Source: Opitutales bacterium (lineage in GTDB: Bacteria > Verrucomicrobiota > Verrucomicrobiia > Opitutales > UBA9783). Taken from it: a stretch of 64,000 bases of DNA. The stretch lies in the NCBI GenBank assembly GCA_046881885.1, contig JBKSMP010000021.1, forward strand, positions 238-64,237, written 5' to 3'. A program made the position numbers and the translations under genes. Positions 1-9,150 of the stretch are shown here, one piece after another (positions within the stretch are counted from its first letter, which is position 1; every line of letters starts with the position of its first letter). The notes beneath the pieces were generated by a model. It was not told where the DNA came from and made no database searches. It saw only the letters and a list, made by a program, of their open reading frames with translations.

Positions 1-137
1 TTCCTGCTTGACTCCGCTGATCCTTCGTAAATACTTCTTCTTGAGTAGGGTTTTTTTCATATTTTACTTTTATCCTACTCACTTTGTTTTTCAATCCTTT
101 TATGCGTTTTCTTTTATTCAGACTTTTGCAGGATGTC
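1..137 (-). mobile_element. Outer end of an IS-like element: terminus plus the first 20 codons of a transposase-like ORF that runs off the window start
   Basis: Minus-strand ATG at 60..58 opens MKKTLLKKKYLRRISGVKQE with no stop before position 1. The reverse complement of 1..137 aligns by eye with 58342..58455 (GAC[A/C]TCCTGCAAAAGTCTGA ... CCTACTCAAGAA ... GGATCAGCGGAGTCAAG). In that second copy the downstream sequence carries an IS5/Harbinger-type HTH fragment. Confidence 0.45.
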
Positions 138-299
138 TATTATGCATGTTTTCAAAATATCTAAAAATTCTATAGCGAACAAGTTTGGCCTTGCGAACTT
201 GCTTCGATGTAGACCAAAAACCGTTTTTGGGTTTTTCCTTTGGAAAATTACTGCAGCCAAGTGTTCATTTTAAAGGCCTTGATAACTGAAATCTGCTAA

Positions 300-483
300 A
301 ATTGGAACAGACGAAAGCGGACCTTCCATTTCATGTATTTCGAAAAATTTCGCCTTAGTTCGCTTCCGATTGTACTTCGCGCTCGCCCAAGCTCCTCCGT
401 TATCAATTTTAGTTTGAACTTCTGGCTCGCGTTAATTTCTCGATGATTCTACGTTCTTCTTTAGAGATGGGTTTGTTGCGCAT
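300..483 (-). pseudogene. IS30-family transposase remnant (N-terminal HTH region only, frameshifted)
   Basis: Minus-strand ATG at 483..481 gives MRNKPISKEERRIIEKLTRARSSN followed by a stop. A shifted frame continues TEELGRARSTIGSELRRNFSKY, matching the IS30 HTH pattern (..EER..I..L......LGRs.STIsRE..RN). No catalytic region follows. Confidence 0.5.
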
Positions 484-783
484 TTTCTTCTTTTACCTTA
501 TCTGAAAATGCTAGCTTTTCATCTCTTTCCGCTTTTCGCAACCTTTTACTTCCTGTGTTGCTCTTCACAGTTGAACTTGCACTCTAAAAATCTTATTAAA
601 AAATGAGTATTTATGCAGGATTAAATGGCAAAGATAACAGGTTGTACTTCCTATGCTATATAGTTAAATAATCTATAACAAATCCAAATGTTATTTTCAT
701 ATCAATTTTAGCAAAAAAAATAACATAAAATAAGCGCTTAAATATTGACAAACTGTAGTTGGAATAGTTTCATAAACTAGTTT

Positions 784-1245
784 ATGGAAGGTGGGATTGA
801 CAATCAGGTAGAACCTAAGTCTAAGTTTTCGAAGCGCCAACGGCAGCGGCAGTGTATTGTAGAATGTCTTTATATGTGGGAAATGCAGCGGGATTTGCCA
901 GTGGAAGAGTTGTTTGCTGCTTATTGTGAGGAAAAGCGTGAGAACGTAGAAGAAGAGGTTTTACAAGCAGATTTTGTTTTAGATAGTTTAAAGGGCGTTT
1001 CAAATTATTCTGACGTTTTAGATGAAAAAATTCGTAATTGTGCAAAAAACTGGTCTTTTTCGCGCATTGCTAAAATGGATTTGGCAATTTTACGTTTAGC
1101 TATTTATGAGCTCTTTTTTGTAAAAACACCAGCTCCGATTGTCATCAATGAAGCAGTAGAATTGAGCAAAATTTACTCTTCAGATGATGCAAAACGCTTT
1201 ATTAATGGTATTTTAGATTATTTGTCGAAGGAAGCTGTGAAATGA
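784..1245 (+). CDS. nusB: Transcription antitermination factor NusB
   Basis: 153-aa ORF with a NusB-like core (WSFSRIAKMDLAILRLAIYELFF ... PAPIVINEAVELSKIYSSDDAKRFINGILD). It overlaps ftsY by an ATGA. Confidence 0.9.
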   Translation: MEGGIDNQVEPKSKFSKRQRQRQCIVECLYMWEMQRDLPVEELFAAYCEEKRENVEEEVLQADFVLDSLKGVSNYSDVLDEKIRNCAKNWSFSRIAKMDLAILRLAIYELFFVKTPAPIVINEAVELSKIYSSDDAKRFINGILDYLSKEAVK

Positions 1246-2162
1246 TTTTTAGTATTTTTAAACGCTTTAAAGAGGGATTTGTTAAGACGCAAAAGCAGTT
1301 GTTTTCTGGCTTAGCAAGTATTTTTTCAAAAGCTTTGATTTCAGAAGAAGATTGGCAGCGTTTTGAAGCAAATTTATACAGTGCGGATTTTGGGCCTGTT
1401 GTTGCTGAAGAAATTTTAAAGCGTATGCGACAGGTTTCAAAAGATCAGAAATTAGACGGTGCTGAAACCTTAAGGCAAGTTTTGGAGGATCTTTTGCAAG
1501 GGTCTGAAGGTCGTTTAGAAGGCTTAGAAAAGGATCTGCAAGTTGTTTTGTTGTTGGGGGTTAATGGTGTTGGTAAAACTACGACTGCGGCTAAATTGGG
1601 TTATAATTGGAAAAATGCTGGCAACAAGGTTTTATTAGGTTCTTGCGATACCTTTCGTGCTGCAGCAGATCAACAACTAAAAACTTGGGCTAGTCGCTTA
1701 GAATTAGATTGTGTAGGCAGTCATCAAGGGGCAGATGCAGCTGCAGTGGCTTATGATGTTTGTCAAGCTGGTATGCATCGCGAGTGTCGTTGGGTTTTAT
1801 TAGATACGGCGGGACGTTTGCATAATAAGATAGGCCTTGTAGAAGAATTAAAGAAGATGGTTCGTGTGTTAAAGAAGTGCGGCGAACAATTTCCTCAGCA
1901 TCGGTGGTTGGTTATTGATGGCTCTTTAGGTACGAATTCGATTGAGCAAGCAAAACTTTTTCATGAAGCAGTTGGATTGACTGGTCTTATTGTGACCAAA
2001 TTAGATGGTTCTAGTAAGGGTGGAGCGCTTGTAGGTATTTATAATGCTTTAAAAGTTCCGATTTATTATGTTGGTTTAGGAGAATCCCCAGAGGACTTGC
2101 AAGCGTTTTCCATACAGGCTTATGTGGATGCCATTGTTGGCGAACGTAAACCAGAAGCATAA
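1242..2162 (+). CDS. ftsY: Signal recognition particle receptor FtsY
   Basis: SRP-GTPase motifs are present: GVNGVGKTTTAAKLG, DTAGRL, TKLDGSSKGG, GLGE. Confidence 0.93.
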   Translation: MIFSIFKRFKEGFVKTQKQLFSGLASIFSKALISEEDWQRFEANLYSADFGPVVAEEILKRMRQVSKDQKLDGAETLRQVLEDLLQGSEGRLEGLEKDLQVVLLLGVNGVGKTTTAAKLGYNWKNAGNKVLLGSCDTFRAAADQQLKTWASRLELDCVGSHQGADAAAVAYDVCQAGMHRECRWVLLDTAGRLHNKIGLVEELKKMVRVLKKCGEQFPQHRWLVIDGSLGTNSIEQAKLFHEAVGLTGLIVTKLDGSSKGGALVGIYNALKVPIYYVGLGESPEDLQAFSIQAYVDAIVGERKPEA

Positions 2163-3442
2163 TGATTTTTTGGGGTATAGGTATTGGTGTTTTAGGCACT
2201 TGGCTGTTTTTTAGAAACCGTTTAGAGTGTGCCTGTAAATACGACCAAGAGCATGAAATAGCCATTCGTTTGCAGGCAGAATTAGCTGCAGAACGTGTTA
2301 TTACACAGAATTATCGGCAGCAATTGGAAGGTTTAGAAGAACGTTTATCGCACCAATTTAAGTCGGTTTCTCTTGAGTTGTTTAAAGAAAATGCCCAAGC
2401 TTTCGTACAATTAGCGGAACAAGGTGTTAAGCAATACAGTACGGAAGCAAAAGACGCCTTAAGCAATCAGCGGGTCATTTTGGAAAAAATGATGGAGCCC
2501 TTAAAGTTGGATTTGGAGCGTTTTACTCAAAAAGTAGAACAATTGGAGCGTGGACGTCAACAGACCGATATTACCTTTAAAGAGCAGTTGCAGCAACTTA
2601 ATCAAGTACAAGTAAAATTGGAAAATAAGACCGATTTATTGACCCATGCATTTTGTAATCCTAACCAAAGAGGACGTTGGGGCGAATTGCAATTGCGACG
2701 TATTGTGGAAGTTGCAGGCATGTTGGAATATGTTGATTTTGAAGTGCAAGTTTCAGTACAAGAAGGGGCCTTTCGTCCCGATATGGTGATTCGTTTGCCT
2801 AATGATCGTTGTGTTATTGTAGATGCCAAAACGCCGCAATTAGAAGATTATTTAGTAGCCTTACAAGAACAGAAGGATGAAGCAGCTCAGCAGAAAATCC
2901 TTAAAAACGCCTGCTTAAGAATTCGCGAACTTGTCGCTAAATTAAGTGCCAAGAATTATGGGGCGCAATTTGAGCAATCCGCAGATTTTGTGGTTTTATT
3001 TTTTCCGGGTGAATGGATTTTTAGTCACGCATTACAAGCAGATAGCGAATTAATTGAATATGCTTGCAAGCATAATGTGGTCTTTGCAACACCAACAACG
3101 CTTATTGCTTTGTTAAAGGCGATCCATTATGGTTGGCGACAAAATAAAATGATTGAGGAGGTCAGGGCTGTTGAACGTCTTGGGAGCGAATTGTACGAGC
3201 GAATGGTGAATTTTGCAGCTTATTTTCAAGATTTGCGAAAAAACCTAGGGAAAACTGTTGAAAGTTTTAATCAGGTACTCGGTTCTTTAGAAGCGCGTAT
3301 GTTGCCAGCAGCACGTAAATTAAATGCTTTTTCTAAGAAAAATTTAGAATTACACTTCCCAGAAACTTTGGAAATTACCTTAAAAGAAAGTAGTAAAACT
3401 TTAGGAATTAAGGGAAATTTTGAAGAAAATCTTGAAAAATAA
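2162..3442 (+). CDS. rmuC: DNA recombination protein RmuC
   Basis: N-terminal TM helix, long coiled coil, then an RmuC block (NQRGRWGELQLRRIVE ... VIVDAKTP ... FATPTTLIALLK). The start overlaps the ftsY stop (TAATG). Confidence 0.85.
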   Translation: MIFWGIGIGVLGTWLFFRNRLECACKYDQEHEIAIRLQAELAAERVITQNYRQQLEGLEERLSHQFKSVSLELFKENAQAFVQLAEQGVKQYSTEAKDALSNQRVILEKMMEPLKLDLERFTQKVEQLERGRQQTDITFKEQLQQLNQVQVKLENKTDLLTHAFCNPNQRGRWGELQLRRIVEVAGMLEYVDFEVQVSVQEGAFRPDMVIRLPNDRCVIVDAKTPQLEDYLVALQEQKDEAAQQKILKNACLRIRELVAKLSAKNYGAQFEQSADFVVLFFPGEWIFSHALQADSELIEYACKHNVVFATPTTLIALLKAIHYGWRQNKMIEEVRAVERLGSELYERMVNFAAYFQDLRKNLGKTVESFNQVLGSLEARMLPAARKLNAFSKKNLELHFPETLEITLKESSKTLGIKGNFEENLEK

Positions 3443-3540
3443 CACTTTTTCTTAAACTTTTGAAAAAAAGCGCCGTTTTTATTTATTAAAGTCTTGCGTG
3501 TTAAAAACAAAATAGGCATGATAACAAGACTTGAGGAATT

Positions 3541-4629
3541 ATGCAAACAAAGTTGGACATACATGATTTTTGGGTCAATCAGACAAAAGGTTCTAAGCAA
3601 GCTGTTTGGTTGCGAAGTCATGTTCGTTTATCGAGAAACCTTAATGGGTTTCCTTTTTCAGACCAAGCAAGACCTGAGCAGAAAAGTGAAATAACGCATC
3701 AGATACAAAAAGCGATACAGACCTTGCCAACGTTTTCGAAAGATTTTGTAAGTTTGGATTGGGGTACGTGCTCGGAACATGAAAGATCGCTTTTGAAAAC
3801 GCTTTGTTGTTTGCAGGATCCATGCGATGAGACACGAATTTGGTTAAACCGTAAAGAGCAGTATTGGTGTGTAAGTAATGATGGAGATCATTTGCGCTTG
3901 CATGCGCGTACGCACTTGTGGAATTTAAAGCATGTTTGGAAGAAGTTAGACGCCTTGGATTCGCAATTAGAATCTTTACTTGTATATACCTTTGATCCTA
4001 AAACGGGGTATGCAACCTGCGAGCCTGAAACTTATGGTAATGGATTAGCTATAACGGCAATTACACATTTGCCTGGAATCGGTTTTGTTCAAAAAACTCC
4101 GCAAATTACAGAGGCTTTAAATGAAATGGCCTTGAGTATAACAGCTCAACAGATGATCAATTCCAAGCCTTTAGGGCATTTATTTTTGATCACCAATAAA
4201 ACTGCTTTAGGTTGTAGTGAAGTGGAATTGTTGGAACATATGGATCAACAAATACGTCATTTAGTTGAAGTAGAAATGCGTACGCGGCATGAAATTTTCC
4301 AACAAAATACAAGCTTTTTGAAAGATAGCATCGGTCGTTCTCTGGGATTGTTAAGAAATTGCTTTGAATTAAATTTTGAGGAAGCAATGAATTTGTTGTC
4401 TTTGGTGCGAATGGCTATCGATTTGGAACTTATTCATGGCATAAAACCAGAAAGTTTAAATGCTCTTTGGAATATGATGCCATCAATGAATCTCAAAGAA
4501 TTTTGTCCAAGCGATTGTTTGGTAAAAGATGAAAATTGTGTACGTGCAGATGTTGTACGATCTTTTTTCTCAAAAATTTCAAATTTATCCTTAAAAAAAG
4601 GGTTAAAGGAGGTGTCTTATGCTTCATAA
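3541..4629 (+). CDS. mcsB: Protein arginine kinase McsB (ATP:guanido phosphotransferase family)
   Basis: Guanido-kinase-like blocks are present: RLSRNLNGFPF, SNDGDHLRLHA, GNGLAITAITHLPG. An SD (GAGGA) precedes the ATG. The stop overlaps the clpC start by 11 nt. Confidence 0.85.
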   Translation: MQTKLDIHDFWVNQTKGSKQAVWLRSHVRLSRNLNGFPFSDQARPEQKSEITHQIQKAIQTLPTFSKDFVSLDWGTCSEHERSLLKTLCCLQDPCDETRIWLNRKEQYWCVSNDGDHLRLHARTHLWNLKHVWKKLDALDSQLESLLVYTFDPKTGYATCEPETYGNGLAITAITHLPGIGFVQKTPQITEALNEMALSITAQQMINSKPLGHLFLITNKTALGCSEVELLEHMDQQIRHLVEVEMRTRHEIFQQNTSFLKDSIGRSLGLLRNCFELNFEEAMNLLSLVRMAIDLELIHGIKPESLNALWNMMPSMNLKEFCPSDCLVKDENCVRADVVRSFFSKISNLSLKKGLKEVSYAS

Positions 4630-7162
4630 TTTAACTCCAAAAGCACAACAAGTATTTGTACTAGCAAAGAAGGTTGTTTTAGATTTAAAGCAGAAATGTT
4701 TAGGAACAGATCATTTACTTCTGGGCTTGCTTGAACTGAGACAGGGAATTGCAGTGCGTGTTTTAGAACGCTTAGGCCTTGATATCGAAACGGTTCATGA
4801 TGCTTTAAAACAACATATTGCTTCAGAAAAGAATAAAACCGAAGGTTTTGTACAAGGCGAAGCAAAGGAGGAAGTTATTTTAACTCCACGTGTTCGTAAA
4901 GTTCTTACATTAGCAGAACAAAAAGCAAAAGAATTGCGTCATGCTTATATTGGAACTGAACACCTGCTTCTTGGGTTACTTGCAGAAGGTAAAGGTTTGG
5001 GAGCAAAGATTTTAAAAACGCTCGATATTGATCCTCAAGAATGTTGTCAGGAAATTCTGTCGGAATTAATTCCAGGGGATAACGATGATGACGATGATAT
5101 GGACTTTGATGACGATGAGGATGACGTATTTTCTGATGATGAAAGTTTTTCAGAAGATCCTTTTGGGGTAAGTCGTGGAGAAAATCGCGTACAAATCTTA
5201 AAGAATTTTGGTACTAATTTAACCTTAAAAGCGCAAAAAAATGAACTCGATCCGGTTATTGGCCGTGAACGAGAGATTGAACGTTTGATTCAAATTTTAT
5301 GTCGCCGGACTAAGAATAATCCTGTGCTTATTGGTGAGGCTGGTGTTGGAAAAACAGCGGTTGTTGAAGGATTAGCACAACGTATTGTTAATGGGAAAGT
5401 TCCTGATTTGTTGTTAGGAAAGTGTATTTTCAGCCTAGATTTGGCTTTGCTACTTTCAGGAACCAAATACCGCGGACAATTTGAAGAACGTTTAAAGCGT
5501 TTGATGGAAGAACTAAGAGATTCCAATGTTATTTTATTTTTAGATGAATTGCATACCATTGTTGGTGCTGGATCGGCTGAAGGTTCTATGGATGCCTCTA
5601 ATATTTTGAAGCCTGCATTGGCTCGTGGACAAATTCAGTGCATTGGGGCAACTACTTTGAGCGAGTATCGCAAGTATATTGAAAAGGATACAGCTCTCAA
5701 TCGGCGTTTTCAATCCGTTTTGGTAGAACAACCTTCGTCTTCGGAAACTTTAAAGATTTTGGAAGGTTTAAAGCTGCGTTATGAGGAATTTCATAGCGTA
5801 CATTATTCAGAATCCATTTTGAAGCAATCCGTTGGGCTAACACAACGCTATATTACCGATCGTTGTTTCCCTGATAAAGCTATTGATTTGTTGGATGAAG
5901 CAGGTGCACGTACACGTATTTTGGGAATGGATGAAGCCCCTTCTACAGCTTCATTAGACAAAGCGATTTCAGCAGCAAAAGATAAGAAAACAGCAGCTAT
6001 TTATTCACAGCAATTTGAAGAAGCTGCACGTTGGAGAGACGAAGAACGAGCGCTGATGGATGAGCGTGACGAGCTTATTCAATCTTGGCGTAAGCAAAAC
6101 CGTAATCAACGCGTTCCTGTTAAGGAAGAGACTTTGCAACGTATTATCTTTGATTGGACAGGTGTACCTTTGGAGCGTATGGGTGCAAAAGAAACGCAAC
6201 GTTACTTGAATTTGGACAAAATTCTTTCAAAGGAAGTTATTGGACAAACAGAAGCGGTACAAGTTGTTGCACGTGCCTTAAAGCGTTCTCGAGCGGATTT
6301 GAAAGATCCTCGTAGACCTATTGGTTCGTTCTTATTTTTAGGCCCGACAGGTGTGGGAAAAACCCATTTGGTCAAAATCTTGGCCGAGCAAGTTTATGGT
6401 AGCCGCGATGCTGTTGTTCAAATTGATATGTCTGAATATATGGAAAAGCATACCGTTTCCCGTTTGATTGGTTCCCCTCCAGGTTATATTGGACATGAAG
6501 AAGGCGGACAATTGACTGAAGTTATTCGTCGTAAGCCTTATGCACTTGTTCTTTTCGATGAAATAGAAAAGGCTCATCCAGACGTTATTCAAATTCTCCT
6601 ACAAGTTTTAGAAGAAGGGCGTTTAACGGATAGCTTAGGTCGTGTGGTTGATTTTAAAAATACAATCATTGTCATGACTTCCAATGTAGGAGCGCAAGAA
6701 TTGCAGCGTTCTGTGGGCTTAGGATTTGGTATTACTTCTGCAGAAATGGCTTTTGAACAACTAAAGGCTAATGTTCAATCGGCTATGAAAAATACTTTTT
6801 CGCCAGAATTTCTGAATCGTATCAATGATATTGTTATCTTCCGATCGTTGGATCGCGAACATATGCAGAAAATTGTTGATTTAGAATTAAAAGCAGTTAG
6901 CCAGAGATTGCAGAAACATAGCATTCGCTTACATTTAGGAGAAACTGCTAAGCAATTCTTAATCCAGAAAGGGTTTGATGCCAAATTAGGTGCGCGTCCT
7001 CTTAAACGTGCAATTGAACGGTATGTAGAAGACTTGCTGGCAGATGCACTATTAGCAAAAAAAATAAAGTCAGGTCAAAGGATTAATTTGGAAGTTGACA
7101 AAAAACATGACGAATTAATGTTGAAAAAAACTTCGAAATTATGTATAAAAGTTAATATATAA
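4619..7162 (+). CDS. clpC: ATP-dependent Clp protease ATP-binding subunit ClpC
   Basis: Two Clp_N repeats, Walker A GEAGVGKTA and GPTGVGKTH, a UVR-like M-domain (QQFEEAARWRDEE), and VLFDEIEKAHPDV. An unusual poly-Asp/Glu insertion lies after the N-domain. Confidence 0.95.
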   Translation: MLHNLTPKAQQVFVLAKKVVLDLKQKCLGTDHLLLGLLELRQGIAVRVLERLGLDIETVHDALKQHIASEKNKTEGFVQGEAKEEVILTPRVRKVLTLAEQKAKELRHAYIGTEHLLLGLLAEGKGLGAKILKTLDIDPQECCQEILSELIPGDNDDDDDMDFDDDEDDVFSDDESFSEDPFGVSRGENRVQILKNFGTNLTLKAQKNELDPVIGREREIERLIQILCRRTKNNPVLIGEAGVGKTAVVEGLAQRIVNGKVPDLLLGKCIFSLDLALLLSGTKYRGQFEERLKRLMEELRDSNVILFLDELHTIVGAGSAEGSMDASNILKPALARGQIQCIGATTLSEYRKYIEKDTALNRRFQSVLVEQPSSSETLKILEGLKLRYEEFHSVHYSESILKQSVGLTQRYITDRCFPDKAIDLLDEAGARTRILGMDEAPSTASLDKAISAAKDKKTAAIYSQQFEEAARWRDEERALMDERDELIQSWRKQNRNQRVPVKEETLQRIIFDWTGVPLERMGAKETQRYLNLDKILSKEVIGQTEAVQVVARALKRSRADLKDPRRPIGSFLFLGPTGVGKTHLVKILAEQVYGSRDAVVQIDMSEYMEKHTVSRLIGSPPGYIGHEEGGQLTEVIRRKPYALVLFDEIEKAHPDVIQILLQVLEEGRLTDSLGRVVDFKNTIIVMTSNVGAQELQRSVGLGFGITSAEMAFEQLKANVQSAMKNTFSPEFLNRINDIVIFRSLDREHMQKIVDLELKAVSQRLQKHSIRLHLGETAKQFLIQKGFDAKLGARPLKRAIERYVEDLLADALLAKKIKSGQRINLEVDKKHDELMLKKTSKLCIKVNI

Positions 7163-7171
7163 TGTGATAAA

Positions 7172-7633
7172 GTGGATATCAAAGAACAAGTTAACAGTTG
7201 GGTAATAAGCTTAGGAAATCGTTCGGGAAAACATTTCCGTTTGATCGATGGTGTTTTTGCTGCCAAAGATGAAAATGGACAAGAATATGTTATTGAAATA
7301 CCTGAAAGTTCAGAACAACTTTATTTTTGTGCGCCCATTGCAACTTTAAATGATGGCAACGAAAAAACGTCAGATTTTGAATGTTTGATGAAATGGAATT
7401 TGTATGGTCTTAAAACCTTTGGTGGAACCTTAAGTTATGAAGAATCTACAAATCGTATTATTTTTCACTATATTGTTCGAGTAGACGCCTTAGATGAAAA
7501 TAGTTTTTGTGATACCTTTAATCATTTTATTGGCATGGTACGTGATATTCAGAAGATGTGGCTGGAGTATTCTCAGACAAAAGTGAATACGAGTCAGCAA
7601 ATAGACGATTTTAATATGCTGATGCGAGTATAA
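7172..7633 (+). CDS. Class I type III secretion chaperone-like protein (CesT/SycE/Slc1-like)
   Basis: 153 aa with a GTG start and no signal peptide. It shows the size and pattern typical of T3S chaperones: an N-terminal helix QVNSWVISLG, then F.LIDGVFAAKDENGQEYVIEIPESSEQLYFCAPI, then NLYGLKTFGGTLSYEESTNRIIFHY. Confidence 0.6.
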   Translation: MDIKEQVNSWVISLGNRSGKHFRLIDGVFAAKDENGQEYVIEIPESSEQLYFCAPIATLNDGNEKTSDFECLMKWNLYGLKTFGGTLSYEESTNRIIFHYIVRVDALDENSFCDTFNHFIGMVRDIQKMWLEYSQTKVNTSQQIDDFNMLMRV

Positions 7634-7635
7634 AA

Positions 7636-9063
7636 ATGCATTTTAAATTATTTAATACTGAATCGAGAAATTACCAAATTTTAGAATATCCCAAAGGAAA
7701 ACCGTTTGGAGTCTATTGCTGCGGCCCTACAGTTTATGGGCCTGCGCATATTGGTAATTTTAGAACTTATGTCGTTCAAGATAGCATTTTGCGTCTCTTA
7801 AAATTGTTGGGCATTGATACCTGTTATGTCCGCAATTTGACAGATGTTGACGATAAAACGATCCGTGGAGCAGCAGAACATAAGCAAGCTCTTAAGGACT
7901 ATACACAACATTGGATTGAAGTGTTTGAGCGCGATTGCCAGCGTCTGAATTTATTAAAACCTACCGTAGCGCCGCGTGCGACAGAAACTATTTCTGCACA
8001 GCAAGACTTGATTCAGTTGCTAATCAATAAAGGACATGCCTACACGCGTGGTGGATCGGTTTACTTTCGTATCGCTTCATTTAAAAATTACGGGCGGTTA
8101 TCGCATTTAGAAACGCGATCTTTGCAAACCCAAAGTCAAAACAGTGCTGGAGAGTCTAATGATGCCGATGAATATGATCGTGAGCAAATTGGTGATTTTG
8201 TCCTTTGGAAAGCACATAAACCGGAAGATGGAGATGTATTTTGGGAAAGCCCTTGGGGAAAAGGACGTCCAGGTTGGCATATCGAATGTAGTGCCATGTC
8301 ACACCTTTATTTAGGGCAGACAGTTGATTTACATACCGGTGGAGTTGATTTGTGTTTCCCACATCATGAGAATGAAATTGCACAATCAGAAGCGGCTTAT
8401 GGGGGGCCTTTTGTACGTCATTGGCTACATATTGCTCATTTGAAAGTGGATGGACAAAAGATGTCAAAACGTTTGGGTAATCTACACACTTTAGATTCTC
8501 TCCAAGAAAAACAGTATACAGCTGATGTTGTCCGTTATGCCTTGTCTGCAGGTCATTATCGGCAGGCGCTTAATTTTACCTTTGAATTACTAAATGCTGC
8601 TCAGAGTGCTTTGCAAAAGATTCGTAATTATTCAGAGCAATTGTTGGCAAGCGCACACATGGATTTGCAGTCTTTTCAGGCTATTTACGATACGATTACT
8701 TTGCCAGAAAAATGCACTTTCTTAAAAGATTTCTTTGAAAGTTTATGTGAAGATTTAAATGTTCCTAAGGCTTTAGGATGCTTGTTTACATTTATGAATC
8801 GTACTAAACCGGCAGACATAAATTCCAAAGAGCAATTGATAAAGGAATGGGCTGCCTGTTTGTTTGCTTTAGGAATCGCATTGGAAGAAAAAAAGATCTT
8901 GGAAATTCCTGAAACGATTCGTGAATTGGCCGAGAAGCGGTGGCTTGCCAAAAAAGAACGTAATTTTCAAGAGGCTGATAGCTTACGAAAAACTTTAGAA
9001 GATTCGGGTTGGAAAATTTTGGACCAAAAAGATGGCTATCAAATCTTGCCTTTGGATAAGTAG
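7636..9063 (+). CDS. cysS: Cysteine--tRNA ligase
   Basis: Class I aaRS signatures HIGN and KMSKRLGN; the Cys-binding region WHIECS is present. Confidence 0.95.
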   Translation: MHFKLFNTESRNYQILEYPKGKPFGVYCCGPTVYGPAHIGNFRTYVVQDSILRLLKLLGIDTCYVRNLTDVDDKTIRGAAEHKQALKDYTQHWIEVFERDCQRLNLLKPTVAPRATETISAQQDLIQLLINKGHAYTRGGSVYFRIASFKNYGRLSHLETRSLQTQSQNSAGESNDADEYDREQIGDFVLWKAHKPEDGDVFWESPWGKGRPGWHIECSAMSHLYLGQTVDLHTGGVDLCFPHHENEIAQSEAAYGGPFVRHWLHIAHLKVDGQKMSKRLGNLHTLDSLQEKQYTADVVRYALSAGHYRQALNFTFELLNAAQSALQKIRNYSEQLLASAHMDLQSFQAIYDTITLPEKCTFLKDFFESLCEDLNVPKALGCLFTFMNRTKPADINSKEQLIKEWAACLFALGIALEEKKILEIPETIRELAEKRWLAKKERNFQEADSLRKTLEDSGWKILDQKDGYQILPLDK

Positions 9064-9068
9064 AAGTT

Positions 9069-9088
9069 TTAAGAAATTTCTTAATTTT
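9069..9088 (+). terminator. Possible weak intrinsic terminator after cysS
   Basis: Palindrome TTAAGAAATTTCTTAA followed by TTTT. The stem is entirely AT-rich, so it is weak. Confidence 0.35.
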
Positions 9089-9150
9089 GTAACAGTATTG
9101 CAAACAACCAAAACGCGGTTTTAGAAAAAAACTTCTTCAAAACTTTCTTC

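Noticed and set aside
745-776. TTGACA at 745..750 upstream of nusB, considered as a promoter -35 element.
   Set aside because: No acceptable -10 hexamer lies at 16-19 nt spacing. The best candidates are TAGTTT at 14 nt and CATAAA at 20 nt.
3489-3532. Inverted repeat AAGTCTTG ... CAAGACTT upstream of mcsB, considered as a possible CtsR or CIRCE-like operator, or as an SD-occluding hairpin.
   Set aside because: It is only 8 bp with a 28-nt spacer. It matches neither the CtsR direct-repeat consensus nor CIRCE (TTAGCACTC-N9-GAGTGCTAA). A match of this size is expected by chance in AT-rich intergenic DNA.
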